A DNA stretch of 63,995 nucleotides, counting the filler, from Basidiobolus ranarum (Eukaryota): the NCBI GenBank assembly GCA_040143965.1. It is 5 parts of 5 records of this genome, joined end to end, with 100 filler letters (N's around TTAATTAATTAA, not from the genome) between each part and the next. Parts side by side here need not be neighbours in the genome. Positions count along the whole stretch, not along the records: positions 25,948 to 38,751 come from JASJQH010007394.1; positions 38,852 to 51,652 come from JASJQH010007395.1; 3 more parts are not named here. The stretch is one strand, 5' to 3'. A program made the position numbers and the translations under genes. Position 1 is the stretch's first letter. Each line of letters begins with the position of its first letter. The notes below the pieces were generated by a model. That model saw only the letters and a list, made by a program, of their open reading frames with translations, searched no databases and was not told the origin of the DNA. This document shows positions 25,948 through 42,658 of the stretch, piece by piece.

Positions 25948-26956
25948 CCCATTTTATCAAGGGAAACCTACTAAATAAACCCGATTTTCACAACCAGTTC
26001 CGAATTGTGTGAGAGATCGGCGTTGACATATGATATAATACCAACTTATAGAGTATTAGCTAAATCTTTTGCTCCATTAATTTAAACCTCACTTAGAGTA
26101 TGTTGAGGCAAACAAGTTTAGATTGTAAAAGTTACTTTAACTGCTCGCTATATCAATCACTCATCAACCTTACTTATTCTAGACACCGTCGTGATTAGCC
26201 AGCCACTCCTCTCGAGCCAGTTAAAAGGTCAAGTGACGGGTTTAAACTACAATGAATAGGGAGGTTGATCTTCGCAGTTCGAAGAACCATAAATCCTCAC
26301 ACATTTATCCAGGGGTGAGTGTAATCAGTAGTCAGTTACCCTTGGTGTGCTATTGTTCTTGCAGAGAAATGACTCGTTTCAACTCGCCGAACTCCCATCC
26401 CAGGTATTCATGGTTAACTGCGGGATTTCAATAACCATTGAAAGAATTCTCTGTTTGTTATTAAACCATCAAGACAATGGCGAACGATCAAGAATATATC
26501 TCTTTATTTCACCTATTGCACTGATAATACCGTATATGTTAGTGGGAAACCAAAAATACTTCAAATATCTAATTATAACAATGTATCAATCATACCATAT
26601 CCCTGGGAAATAATGATAAATCGATTGTGTCATATGGATCAATCTGTAAGGCTTAGACTAAGCCTTTACCAGTTTTGTGTTGGTATTAACAAGCTATGCC
26701 AAACATTGTCAAACAGGTAACCTATCTCCCAACACAGTTTTGGACTCACAGTGTTTAGTACGTATTGACCACGGCTTAGGAATCTACCTTCTAAATTCCA
26801 ACTAGATGTTGCACAAATATCATTATTCTGGGTATATATGACTTGGTGGAAGCTAGTAATTGACATCAAAGTCATCATTTAAACTTTACATCCACCTCAG
26901 GTAAAATCATCACCAATCATATTTACAAGTGTATAACCAGTACTCTGCTACTCAAT

Positions 26957-27403
26957 ATGAAATCGTTCTTTGCCATCGCTTTAGCCGCTCTTGCCACCCA
27001 GATATCAGCTGCACCTGTTGGATCACCCAGTCAATGCGATGGCTGGGAAGTCGCAGCTCTTGAACATGCTTCAGGTCAAGAAGCGACATTTGCATCAAAT
27101 GACCAAGTGGTCCTTAAATGGACTGTATCTGGCTCCGAAGTGACCAACATCAGAGAGGTAGACCTTTACAGTGCTAAAACCAATGAATTCCTGCACACAC
27201 AATATCGTAACTACCCAGGAGTGAGTGCCACCAGTGGCGAACTCTCATTCACTCTCAGTGTTCCGCTTTGTTTGCAGAGAGATGACTCATACTATCTGGG
27301 GGTGTACTCCAGCTCGTCAGGTCAAGACATGAATTGCTTTTTGCGAACACCTGATTTCCAGCTAACAGCCGACCCAAATGGCGATTACACTGTATGTCCT
27401 TAA
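26957..27403 (+). CDS. Small secreted protein (148 aa, 4 Cys), unknown function
   Basis: Clear signal peptide MKSFFAIALAALATQISA-AP, intronless ORF, alternating beta-strand pattern. Confidence 0.8.
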   Translation: MKSFFAIALAALATQISAAPVGSPSQCDGWEVAALEHASGQEATFASNDQVVLKWTVSGSEVTNIREVDLYSAKTNEFLHTQYRNYPGVSATSGELSFTLSVPLCLQRDDSYYLGVYSSSSGQDMNCFLRTPDFQLTADPNGDYTVCP

Positions 27404-27803
27404 ATTCTCAAATCTTGTGCATATCAATTTTCTGTTCAGTTGTAAAAAGCAATATTTCACCTGATAATTGGGAATTTGTTAATAAGAAAATAAATCATCA
27501 ATCTCATGAATTTTATATCATATCTCAACCCATCCATCTACCGAGATTTCCAATAGCTTCAATAAGTAATGATCCTGCGGTTGAAATAGTTATCCCGAAC
27601 TATCCCAAATCCAACTCGAAAAAATTGAATTGTTTCAATTTTGAATGCTATGATTCGATAATTGAAACCTCGATGATTTTAAAGGTAGACAACTTGAAAT
27701 GAGCATAATATTTGATACAATAAAGTAAAGTAGAACAAAATTTAGGTGCAGAGGGATTTATTTTTACACTGTAAAAAAAGAGTACGAGCTGCAGGCAAAG
27801 CAC

Positions 27804-29041
27804 TTAAGCTCTGATAACTTGCCAGACACGGATAAGGTTGTCAGTGTAGCCAGAGAAGAGAGTGTTGCCATCAGCAGACCAAGCGAGGGAAACGCATTGG
27901 GGATCAGCAGATCTACGACCAACACCAACAAACTCAGGACGGAGTTCATCAACAATGGACTTGGATTCCAAATCCCAGATCTTGATGCCAGATGAAGTGG
28001 CAGCGCAAAGCCAGTATCTGTTGGGGCTGAAGATCAAAGCGTTGATCTCGTCACCAGCCTCCAAAGAGTAAAGGTGCTTACCATCGTTAAGATCCCACAA
28101 CATAACGACACCATCCTTACCACCTGAAGCGCAAAGGGAACCATCAGGGGAGATGGTGATGGTGTTAACGTAACCGGTGTGACCGATGTGGTTGGTGCGG
28201 ATCTTGCACTTGGAGAGATCCCAAACCTAATGGAATAGATTGGATGGTTAGAATTGGAGATTGGATGTGTTGATGCAGTGTTGCAATACGAAGAATCAGA
28301 ATTTTGGTGAAATTTGTCTCATGCGAGGTGCGACCCTCTTCTGAAGTAGCAAATATATAGAACATCATATACAATTGTAAATCAACCAAAAAACGATACT
28401 CTACCTTGACAAGTTTATCCCAACCAGCTGAAACGATAACAGGGTTGGCAGGGTTAGGTGAGAATCTAACGCATGAGACCCATTCGGAGTGACCATTTTC
28501 GGTCAAGTTGTACTTGCACTCTCCAAGGGTGTTCCACAACTTGATGGACTTATCACGGGAGCCAGAAACAATTTGACGGTTATCAGCAGAGAAAGCAACG
28601 GAGGTAACATCTTTATCGTGACCAACGAATCTGCGGGTAGTGACACCGGTGTTAAGATCCCACAAACGAAGGGTCTTATCCCAGGAAGCAGAAAGGGCGA
28701 ATTGACCATCGGAAGAGATAGAAAGATCGGAAATGAAATGGTTGTGACCACGGAGGGACTTACGAGGAACACCATATTGGGATTCATCGCGGATCAAGTT
28801 CCAGATGACGATAGACTTGTCGCGGGAAGCAGACAAAACCATATCAGGGTTTTCAGCGGTGGTGGCGATGGCGGTAACCCATCCAGTGTGACCTGTAACA
28901 ATGGAGTTAGCAACGATATCAAGAAACTAATCCATCCACACATCCATCCATCCATCGCTTGGATGGATAGAAAGAGTGCTTCAGATAATAGAAAATGAAT
29001 GATTTACCTTCAAGAGTTCCGCGTAAGATAAGAGTGTCCAT
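27804..29041 (-). CDS. ASC1: RACK1 / G-beta-like 40S ribosomal WD40 protein
   Basis: Exons 29041-29008, 28892-28405, 28226-27804 (314 aa). [57 protein letters not shown] and [12 protein letters not shown] motifs. Confidence 0.97.
28292..28372 (-). ncRNA. SNR24: Box C/D snoRNA U24 (snR24) in RACK1 intron 2
   Basis: Minus strand reads ATGATGT (box C)...ATATTTGCTACTT-CAGA (guide + D')...ATGAGA (C')...TTCACCAAAATT-CTGA (guide + D). This matches yeast snR24, which lies in the ASC1 intron. Confidence 0.9.
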
Positions 29042-29440
29042 TTGGTGAGCTCTTGTGACCGAAATAACAAATCAACCGGGAGAAGGAGGCTTACCTTAAT
29101 CTTACAATTGCTTATAATCTGCCCTCATTTCAAAAGTCACGTTTTTTTTTTCCCGATCGAAAATTTCTTCGAACTACTAAGGACTTGCCAAAAATTCAAT
29201 ATTGGATTTTGTTTGCTTCCCCAACAATTTTAATCCTCAATTAAACCACCTCAATAAACGCTGATATTTGGGTAGATTATAATAGCACGTGATGTCATCA
29301 TGCTGTTTTATTACGCAAGTATATGATGATGCCACAAAATTTGAGACAATCCATATTCTGTGCGAGTTTTATGAACAATTGAACAATATTATTGCCCTCT
29401 TTAAGACACCCACCATAGCTACTACCATAGGAAGAACAAA

Positions 29441-30518
29441 ATGAATCAAGACATTCTCGCTGTTATAGCCAAGCACCTCCAAAATCACGAGCTTAATGAC
29501 GAAGAAAAGAACGCCATTGAATCAGCACGCTCGAAAGTTAGAACTCATGGTAAACCATATTCCTTTCTAATAATAGTATCAAGTTGAGATAACTAAAGAG
29601 CACTGGGCTATTTGACAATTGACTTTCTTAGTCACTCTGGCGTCTCTTGCTGGTTCTGGTCTTGGATATTTGTTAGGTACTTACTTCATAAACACTAATA
29701 TCGGTAGTATCCCTATTTTCTGACCTTATCTTTTTGTTTTGGAAATATAGCACAACGTAGGAGACTGCCTAAAATTCCTGCTTTGCTATTATGCGGAGGT
29801 AAGTTCGCTTTTTGTGCCCTTACCTTTCATAGAACTATATCTTTTTTCTTTTTGGGTCTTTAGGAAGTTTCTTAATCGGTGGTCAAATTGGTGTGCTAAC
29901 CGGTACAAGTGCTGGACTCAATATCATCAAACAGTCACCGAGACTCAATAAGCTTGTTATCGAAATTTAGTAAGAATCAAAAATCGCTACCATTCTTAAT
30001 CGATTCATACTGAATATCTATGGGTTTTTTCTAGTGATGACATTTTACGCGAGCGTGGAATAAATAGAGATGGAAACAGAATACCCGCATCTCGATCCAA
30101 CCCTGGTGCCTTTCCTTCTACGAGCCAGAGTGCCGATAGTAATGGCGAATTCAAAACAGAACCTGATTCTTACGGCATGACAGATAATTCACGTGACCCA
30201 TTTGACACCCGAGTGCCAGCTCCGGTTCCTAGTGAAGAGACTGCCCCACCAGAACAAAAAGAGTCTTCATGGGCAAAGATTCGTTCAGCTAATTCACCAA
30301 ACTCCTCGTGGGAAAAAATTCGACAGGAAAAGGCCGCATCTCGTACTCCCCAACCACAACGTTCACAGGAAGAGGATGATGATAAATGGGTATCTGTCGA
30401 GAGAGTTGAACGTACAGCTCCCGAACCATCCAATTTCCCGAGAACTCGAGAAGACGTTGATGCATTGAAAGGATCTGGAAGAGCCAGAACAAACCAATAT
30501 GGTGATCCCGTGGAGTAA
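29441..30518 (+). CDS. OCIA-domain-like (OCIAD1/asrij-like) membrane protein, 5 exons
   Basis: Two Gly-rich hydrophobic segments (LASLAGSGLGYLL; FLIGGQIGVLTG), SWAKIR/SWEKIR repeats, C-terminal RTNQYGDPVE*. Four GT-AG introns. Confidence 0.6.
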
Positions 30519-30695
30519 GCATAATGCTAATCTCACATTAATTACTTCACTCTAACAAGCACCATGTGTAATATCCAAAGATAACCATTTTTTGCATGTA
30601 ACAAACTCCATAGCCCAAAACAAATAAAAAAGCAGTTTTTTGTAGATGGAACAAGTAAATCATTTATTGAGTATATTCAAAATTTCTACATCAAA

Positions 30696-31911
30696 TTATT
30701 TGGAGGCATCCTCCATTACTTTAAGAATAAACTCGTTATAACGGTCTTCTTGTTCAGCAGGAATAGCATGCCCGGAATTCTCGTATACTTCTAAGTGGGC
30801 TTTTAGTTCTCTAGCTAAATAGTAAGAGTTGCTCGGTTTAACCAAATTATCATCAGTTCCAGTAACTACGGCAATAGGGAACCCAAGATCTCGAATCTGA
30901 TGAAGTCTATCTTTTGACACATAATGTCGAACTACTGCTGATAGCTGACCACGTACACCTGCTGACTTAGGTGGAGGTACAACACCCGCAGCGTCAGTAA
31001 GTCGCTAGCATCCATAAAATAATTAGATTTAAGAATCGTCTGACATGTATACTCAATAAATATGTTTAGGGTTAGGGTTTTTACCTTGACGACCACATCT
31101 TTATTTGTTTTATACCCAGATCCCTCAGGAGCAGCAGCTTGGAGCCAAGTCTAAAATAGTTTAAGTATGTGTTTGAAAAATAAATGAGGATATTGAACGA
31201 AAGTACCTGTGGGTATAACATTTGGCAATTATTTTCGATCATTTGACCAGAATCTTTGGCTATTAAACCTTTCAATACCCCAAATAACCCAGTAAATGGT
31301 GTAAGAGTCATGCCCGCGTGAGTACTTGTCAAAATCAAACAACAAATAGTTCCAGGCTTAGCGACTAAAGCAAGCTCCTGTGCAATCATGCCACCCATAC
31401 TTATACCAACAACGGAAACTTTACTATTCCAGCCAAGATGTTCAAGGAGTTCCGCTGCATCTAAGGCCATTTCTTTGGTACTATACGAAAGTAAATATTA
31501 GTGTCAAAAGTTAAATCCGAGAAACAGTAATATTATCCACTTACGTATAGAGGCCTGAAGGTGCGTCAGAATGTCCAACACCACGATTATCATATGTACA
31601 AACCTGGTATCCTTTGGAAGCTAGGAATTTAGACTATTCAAAATACATATTTAGCACAATTGAACAAAGGAGTAATTTTAGAAAGACTGGAGTTACTTGT
31701 ATTTCCCAAGCATAATTGCTTCCGAAAAGGCCTGATTAATAAAGCAAAGACTTAAGTTAAAGATTAAAATTAAAACCTCTAAATATAACTTACCCATAAT
31801 GAGAAAGGCCTTTTTGGGAGAATCCTCTGGCCCACGGACTTGGTAATATAAGTTGAATGGGCCACCAACTCTGTCTTTAGCTAGCAAAACTTTACCGTTT
31901 CTAACACTCAT
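30696..31911 (-). CDS. Alpha/beta hydrolase fold protein
   Basis: DNRGVGHS, nucleophile motif GISMGGMIAQE, acid in GTDDNLV, catalytic His in SGHAIP. Five introns. Confidence 0.9.
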
Positions 31912-33438
31912 ATGAATTATAATGTTTAAAAATGATTAAGTAATCCAACCGAGACTTTTTGGTTATTTATATTCATATCTGATTTCAAATGGTGAAACAC
32001 CCTTTACTTGATGAAAGGATATTCGGTCCGTTTATCCATCCCGATATCAGTGTATGCATATCAATAGAGCTAGGATTAAACCACATTTATAAGCTGTATT
32101 ATTCGTATATAAAATTCGATTGAGGTTACATTTTTAAACAGGCTTCTAGCTAAAATAATCTAATGGGCCATGCCAAGAGCCATCACATGTGTAAAACTTC
32201 AGGAATGAAAGACTTGTTGGTACACAGCAAGTATAAAAGATCATCGAATCGTTAACATGAAGGTGTTGTTGTCATCTTGTTGAAGAATACTGACCAGCGC
32301 AACGCTATTTACCCCTTTAAGAACAGATAGCTGATGTCATCTATACGCAAAGCATCGGAGAAGCAATGGAGAAACATGATTGGCATATAAAAGGAAATAC
32401 TACTAATTACTCCGTTCTCTTCAGCATGTACCGCCTTAACAGGGAGAAACACGAACAGAAGGGGAAACACTAATATTACACTTCATACGCCACTACCGTA
32501 AGTCTCAACACCTCAGGGTAATCATAATTAGTAACCACATCTTAGCTACGCGTACCTATAGGGGTTGATCTAGTACCATCTAGTCTGCAAATCGAAAGTT
32601 AATCGAGTCAGTTCATTACTTGGATTTTTATTGGTTCACAAAAGTTAGCAATCTAGGAACCATGAGAGGACTAATTTTCATGGTATTTCATTTTTTAAAA
32701 TTATTGTTGTGACAAACAACGATTAACGATCACAGGCCCTGAGCTGTGACTCTGGTTGAATATGGCTCCGGTATTAAGTGAAGTCACCAAATGAAAATTT
32801 CCTATTGATGAGAAGTTTTATGGCCACAATTATTAGTATTCAGTATGATGTAAATATTTGTATTTCAAAATTTCCAAAAGTATCTCTTTAAACGCAATCC
32901 CATAATTCTACACGACAAAAATTGAAAAGAGTTTTCGTACCGTAGTAAGTCATGTGATAAAGATTTTGAATGATATAAATACAGATGAAGTCCTTAAATT
33001 CGGATGGTGGATCGTCATAAGCGGCAGAGTTTCTTTTCTCTTTTTCTTCCTTGGTCGTGTCTTGAGCAAAGTTATTTGTTTTCCATAACGAATTGTAAGC
33101 AAAAAAAATAAAATTCGGACACTACAGAATACCCACGACTAAACACAGGTTCATCCACCTTATTTGGTATATTACTATAGCCTACACGTCTACATCACAT
33201 AACCAATTCGCGCCACAAATTTTCACCTTTGAGGTTGTTGGGTAAGTAAATATTTCACCAACTTTCATATTTCCTAGTCGCGATTGTCAACTTTCGTTTC
33301 TACTTTTGGTTATAAATATACGCATCATTGTGTTGTTCTCAATCCTCATCTTTACACGCTCAGATCTAACATGTTTTATTATTTTATTCGTATCTAAAGT
33401 TTCATTCTAGTTCTGACTGTACTCAATAGTAAGAAAGC

Positions 33439-38751
<5,313 letters not shown>

Positions 38752-38851
38752 NNNNNNNNNNNNNNNNNNNNNNNNNNNNNNNNNNNNNNNNNNNNTTAAT
38801 TAATTAANNNNNNNNNNNNNNNNNNNNNNNNNNNNNNNNNNNNNNNNNNNN
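38752..38851. other. Artificial contig spacer
   Basis: N44-TTAATTAATTAA-N44. Confidence 0.98.
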
Positions 38852-39204
38852 ACAACATCAGCATCAACGAGGGCTTCCTTCAAACCATCATTCTCAGGAA
38901 CGTGGCCGGTAACCTTGGAAGGAGTGTTGATGTGGCGCAAATCAGCAGCAACACCAGGGGTGTTGACGATATCATAAAGACTGAGGTGGTCAATAAGAGT
39001 AGATTGCTTCAAGAGAAGGGAGAGGGGTTGACCAATACCACCAGCAGCACCGAGGACAGCAACCTTGGTGGCGTTCTGTAAAATAGAAATGAACGAATTA
39101 GTACTAATAGGCAATGCGCTAATGGGTTAAACTGTACATACAGCAACAACAGAGGTGGAGAAAGAACGACGAGCGATAGAGGTGAGTTGACGAGAAGCGA
39201 ACAT
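38852..39204 (-). CDS. MDH1: Mitochondrial malate dehydrogenase, 5' part
   Basis: Presequence exon [21 protein letters not shown], an intron, then [23 protein letters not shown]...[13 protein letters not shown]. Confidence 0.95.
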
Positions 39205-41038
39205 GTTGTCAGTTTATTCTGGTATTGTCAGAGAGAGGCTGAATGTGGTAGCGAGCATGATAGAGGGCCTCTATTTCTATGAAATTTTTGTTGGGGGAAA
39301 TCATCGTCAGGCAAGAAAAAAATTCAAATGATCCGTGATGGTTGGCTGATGATGACGATTGTGGAAGATTACAGCTCTAATTGTTATCACAGGACAGATA
39401 TGATCGTTATTCTTAGAGTGACGGATCCATATGTAACTTCTTTTAGAAAGCGATCATATGGGGAAAGCCAGAATAGTATAGTTTTTTCAAAACGGGCTGT
39501 TCCGGCGTTCGTAAAGTGTTTCCCATTTCGGAGCTACTGTGGAGGGTCAGAGAGTTAAAGTAGCTTGTAAAGTCTTTCTTCAGCCCATGTCAGAAGGCAT
39601 ATAGCAGAACGCTGAAGTGAAAGCACACTGTAGCCAGGGTTGCCACATCCATTGATGAGGTAGATAACATGTCGGGCAGCGTTGATTCATGGTCACTCAG
39701 ATTAGAGATATCTGCGAACCCCGCTCAAGTTAAGAATAAGCTAGTTACTAAATTTGGATCCGGAGAAAGGAGAAGCTAGGAATCAATTTCTTTGTAGCAG
39801 AGTGATTGGCTAACACCATTGTGGATACGTAATGCTGATATGATGCTTTCTCACATAATAGAGTTTAGGGGGTTTAATGCTGTCAATTGCCGATACTTCG
39901 TGTGCAAGCAAATTACCCATTGCACGTTGCCGCTCGCTGGGTGGACTTCCACCAGCGCACTTATGGGACAATCCCATGGTGGAGACCAATAGGATCAATT
40001 TCACATGGCTTTGTTATTCAGCAGATTCTAGCCGAGCTTTCGCCAACGCATTCAAACCCAACTTGATCACGAGCTAGAGAATAGGAAGCCGGTTAGAAGT
40101 CGGACACGATTTCCAGTTGACATCAAGGTAGGCTCCTGCTGAAGATCCTGTAGTTGTTTGTGCACCATGCCATTACGAAAATCGGCGAGTGGATATCTGA
40201 TATTTCCCATTAACCCCGCATACGTAATAGGTCGATAAGCCACCCACTGAATTTCAGCCAACACCTTCCATTCGGCTAAATAGCATATTTCTAGTTTGGA
40301 AATGTCATTTTATTATAGTATAATTACCATGTTTCCCGGACGATCCAATGACACACCTATGGATCTAAATTCATCCTATCAGAGCCGAAGAGATTGATAG
40401 GCCAACAAACAATCGTTCAATGCGTGTACAATGATGTCTAAAGTCAGCACCGCGTATCACCAGTTGTGATTTACAGGTGAAAAATTTGCCCATTGGTACT
40501 ATTTTCCAAGGTCCTTCGATTCGACAGTTGGGTGTTTTGTATTGTAAATGTCATTTAGGTTATCTCTGCTCCATACGTTCGAGTGACAATAGGGAGTGGT
40601 GAGAATCAACCAATATTATATGATCACAACAGAACAAGACGCTCATGCCAAATTATGGTACTCGACTTGGCAGAGTGGATCGATGGGAATGGAGATATAC
40701 AGAAAAGATCGTTCTTTTTAATATGCAGTTATTGTATGTGGGGTATATTTTTATTCCTATAATTATTCAGCGTGATGGCACAAACTATCTTAGAGCACTA
40801 ACAAACTCGCTTATGAGTACGCTGAGTACCATGTTACAATAGCTTATAAATGTATATGAAGAATTACCCCAACCTAACATGTCGACCAGTTCAGATTGTG
40901 ACAAGTTAGCATTATTCGGTAGACCTTCTGAGGCAAAAGTGATTTCACCTCACTTATATATTGGTCAATACGAATTTATCTTATTACAATAATGTTGGAC
41001 CGCTGTTCACATTAGATTCAGCAAGTATAACGTATACC

Positions 41039-42658
41039 CTACGAAAAATCCAGCAGATATTCCTCTATTCTTCCGTCTTGGGATTCTGCCACGAAAGAGA
41101 TGTTTGAAGTAGCAATCGTAGATAGCTCTAGTGAGAAACTACCCAATATAGATGGATTCAACACCTTCACCACTGAAAACACTCCAGTATCCGTCCAGAT
41201 CAAAAGGAAATTCAGATATTTTGACATCTTGCGAATGTGGATATTATCAGTAGCATTGACCTCAATACTAAAACTTGAGTTAACTTGTAGGGTCTCGACA
41301 TTCAAGAAAATAAACCTTAATCGAATATCCTCTCGATAGGAAATAATAATCAAGTTTAAATGAGGCATCTCTATGATATTGTTTTCTTCTATCTTCGACG
41401 TTTGAGATATCTCCAACCGAATCTTGTGACATTTTCGTTCAAAGTTTTCGAGTGACACTGCGGGGCTACTCTCCATGCTAGGAAGATCATACAGTAAAAA
41501 GTTATATGCAGCCAACTGAAGCGTGGAATCCAATGGTTCATTGGTATATTGGACACATAGTTTGCTTCCTACTAGATGTACCGTTAGATGCTTGCGTTCA
41601 GAATTCCAGGCTATATTCTCAGCTTCTAGGGATTTCTGATCATTTCTTTCAATTGTCCAGTTTTCCTTCGTAACCTCTACGAAGTCAACTTGACCACAAA
41701 GAGTAAGCGTTGGTTCGTTGGTATTACCAAGTCTCCATAGAAGTATGCTATCATTCGTTAAAGTTGAGACCCATGACAATGTTGGATGAAGTTTAATCTC
41801 CTCAAAATCATCGAACTCCGTCAAAATTCCACGATAAAAGAATTGATACAAATCGATAAAGGGTCGGCTTCCTGGTTGTGGAATGGGTATGTATACTGGA
41901 TTTGTTGAAGCATACAGGTCCCAGATTTGACATTCACTTGAAAGTACTTCTCGTGGAATTTTTTGGGTGATAAGAAAGGGACCTTGAGAGGTAACGTATT
42001 TATAATTTGCTGTTTCATCAAAGTGGTGAGAGACAGAGGGATCAGTTGGCGGAAAAATAAATTCCTGCTTCTTTGAAGACCATACATAAAACATTAGTTC
42101 GTTTCGAATATGATTTCGCTTTGCTTCCAACACTATCCAGGATTCCTTTGCAGTCACATTTACTATAGAATATTCAGGGTTAGGAAGTTCATACGACAGG
42201 AGTTCTCTAGTTGTAGGGTCAAGAACTTGAAAATGGAGTGAGTCTCTTTTCCAACGAACAAGATGCCATTCAGAGTTAGTCACGTATTTCCATGTACCAT
42301 CGGAGTCTATCGGGAGAGGTATAAACTTCTTTCGCGACCAAAAAAAGGGTATCATTGCGTGTTTATTAAATCTATGGTACCAGAAGGATGTTGAGGTTAA
42401 ACAGCCGGCGGACTCTAGATTTGGCGGTGACGTTAAAGTTCTCGGGTATTGCAATGGGTTTTCTGAGAATGGCTGGTAAGCCATCCCACACCATTCTTGT
42501 GATACCCCTTTCCAGTAGGCATCAGAGGATAAGTACCGTGAAAAGGTTCTCTTGTCAGTCCTTGAAATCTTGTAGAAGAGTTCAACTGGCTCGCAGGAAT
42601 ATAGCAGTATTCGATCAAGAAGTTCACTGGGAAGGTTATGGAGCAAACAATGCGGCAT
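41039..42658 (-). CDS. F-box-like protein (539 aa) with divergent C-terminal domain, intronless
   Basis: Long ORF. N-terminal LHNLPSELLDRILLY...SRTDKR...SDAYWK is F-box-like; the C-terminus is beta-rich with WD-like strands (CQIWDL, ILLWRL, FLLYDL). Confidence 0.7.
   Translation of the reverse strand: MPHCLLHNLPSELLDRILLYSCEPVELFYKISRTDKRTFSRYLSSDAYWKGVSQEWCGMAYQPFSENPLQYPRTLTSPPNLESAGCLTSTSFWYHRFNKHAMIPFFWSRKKFIPLPIDSDGTWKYVTNSEWHLVRWKRDSLHFQVLDPTTRELLSYELPNPEYSIVNVTAKESWIVLEAKRNHIRNELMFYVWSSKKQEFIFPPTDPSVSHHFDETANYKYVTSQGPFLITQKIPREVLSSECQIWDLYASTNPVYIPIPQPGSRPFIDLYQFFYRGILTEFDDFEEIKLHPTLSWVSTLTNDSILLWRLGNTNEPTLTLCGQVDFVEVTKENWTIERNDQKSLEAENIAWNSERKHLTVHLVGSKLCVQYTNEPLDSTLQLAAYNFLLYDLPSMESSPAVSLENFERKCHKIRLEISQTSKIEENNIIEMPHLNLIIISYREDIRLRFIFLNVETLQVNSSFSIEVNATDNIHIRKMSKYLNFLLIWTDTGVFSVVKVLNPSILGSFSLELSTIATSNISFVAESQDGRIEEYLLDFS

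Noticed and set aside
28930..28970. (CATC)n/GGATGG hairpin in RACK1 intron 1
   Set aside because: Low-complexity microsatellite stem with no snoRNA boxes.
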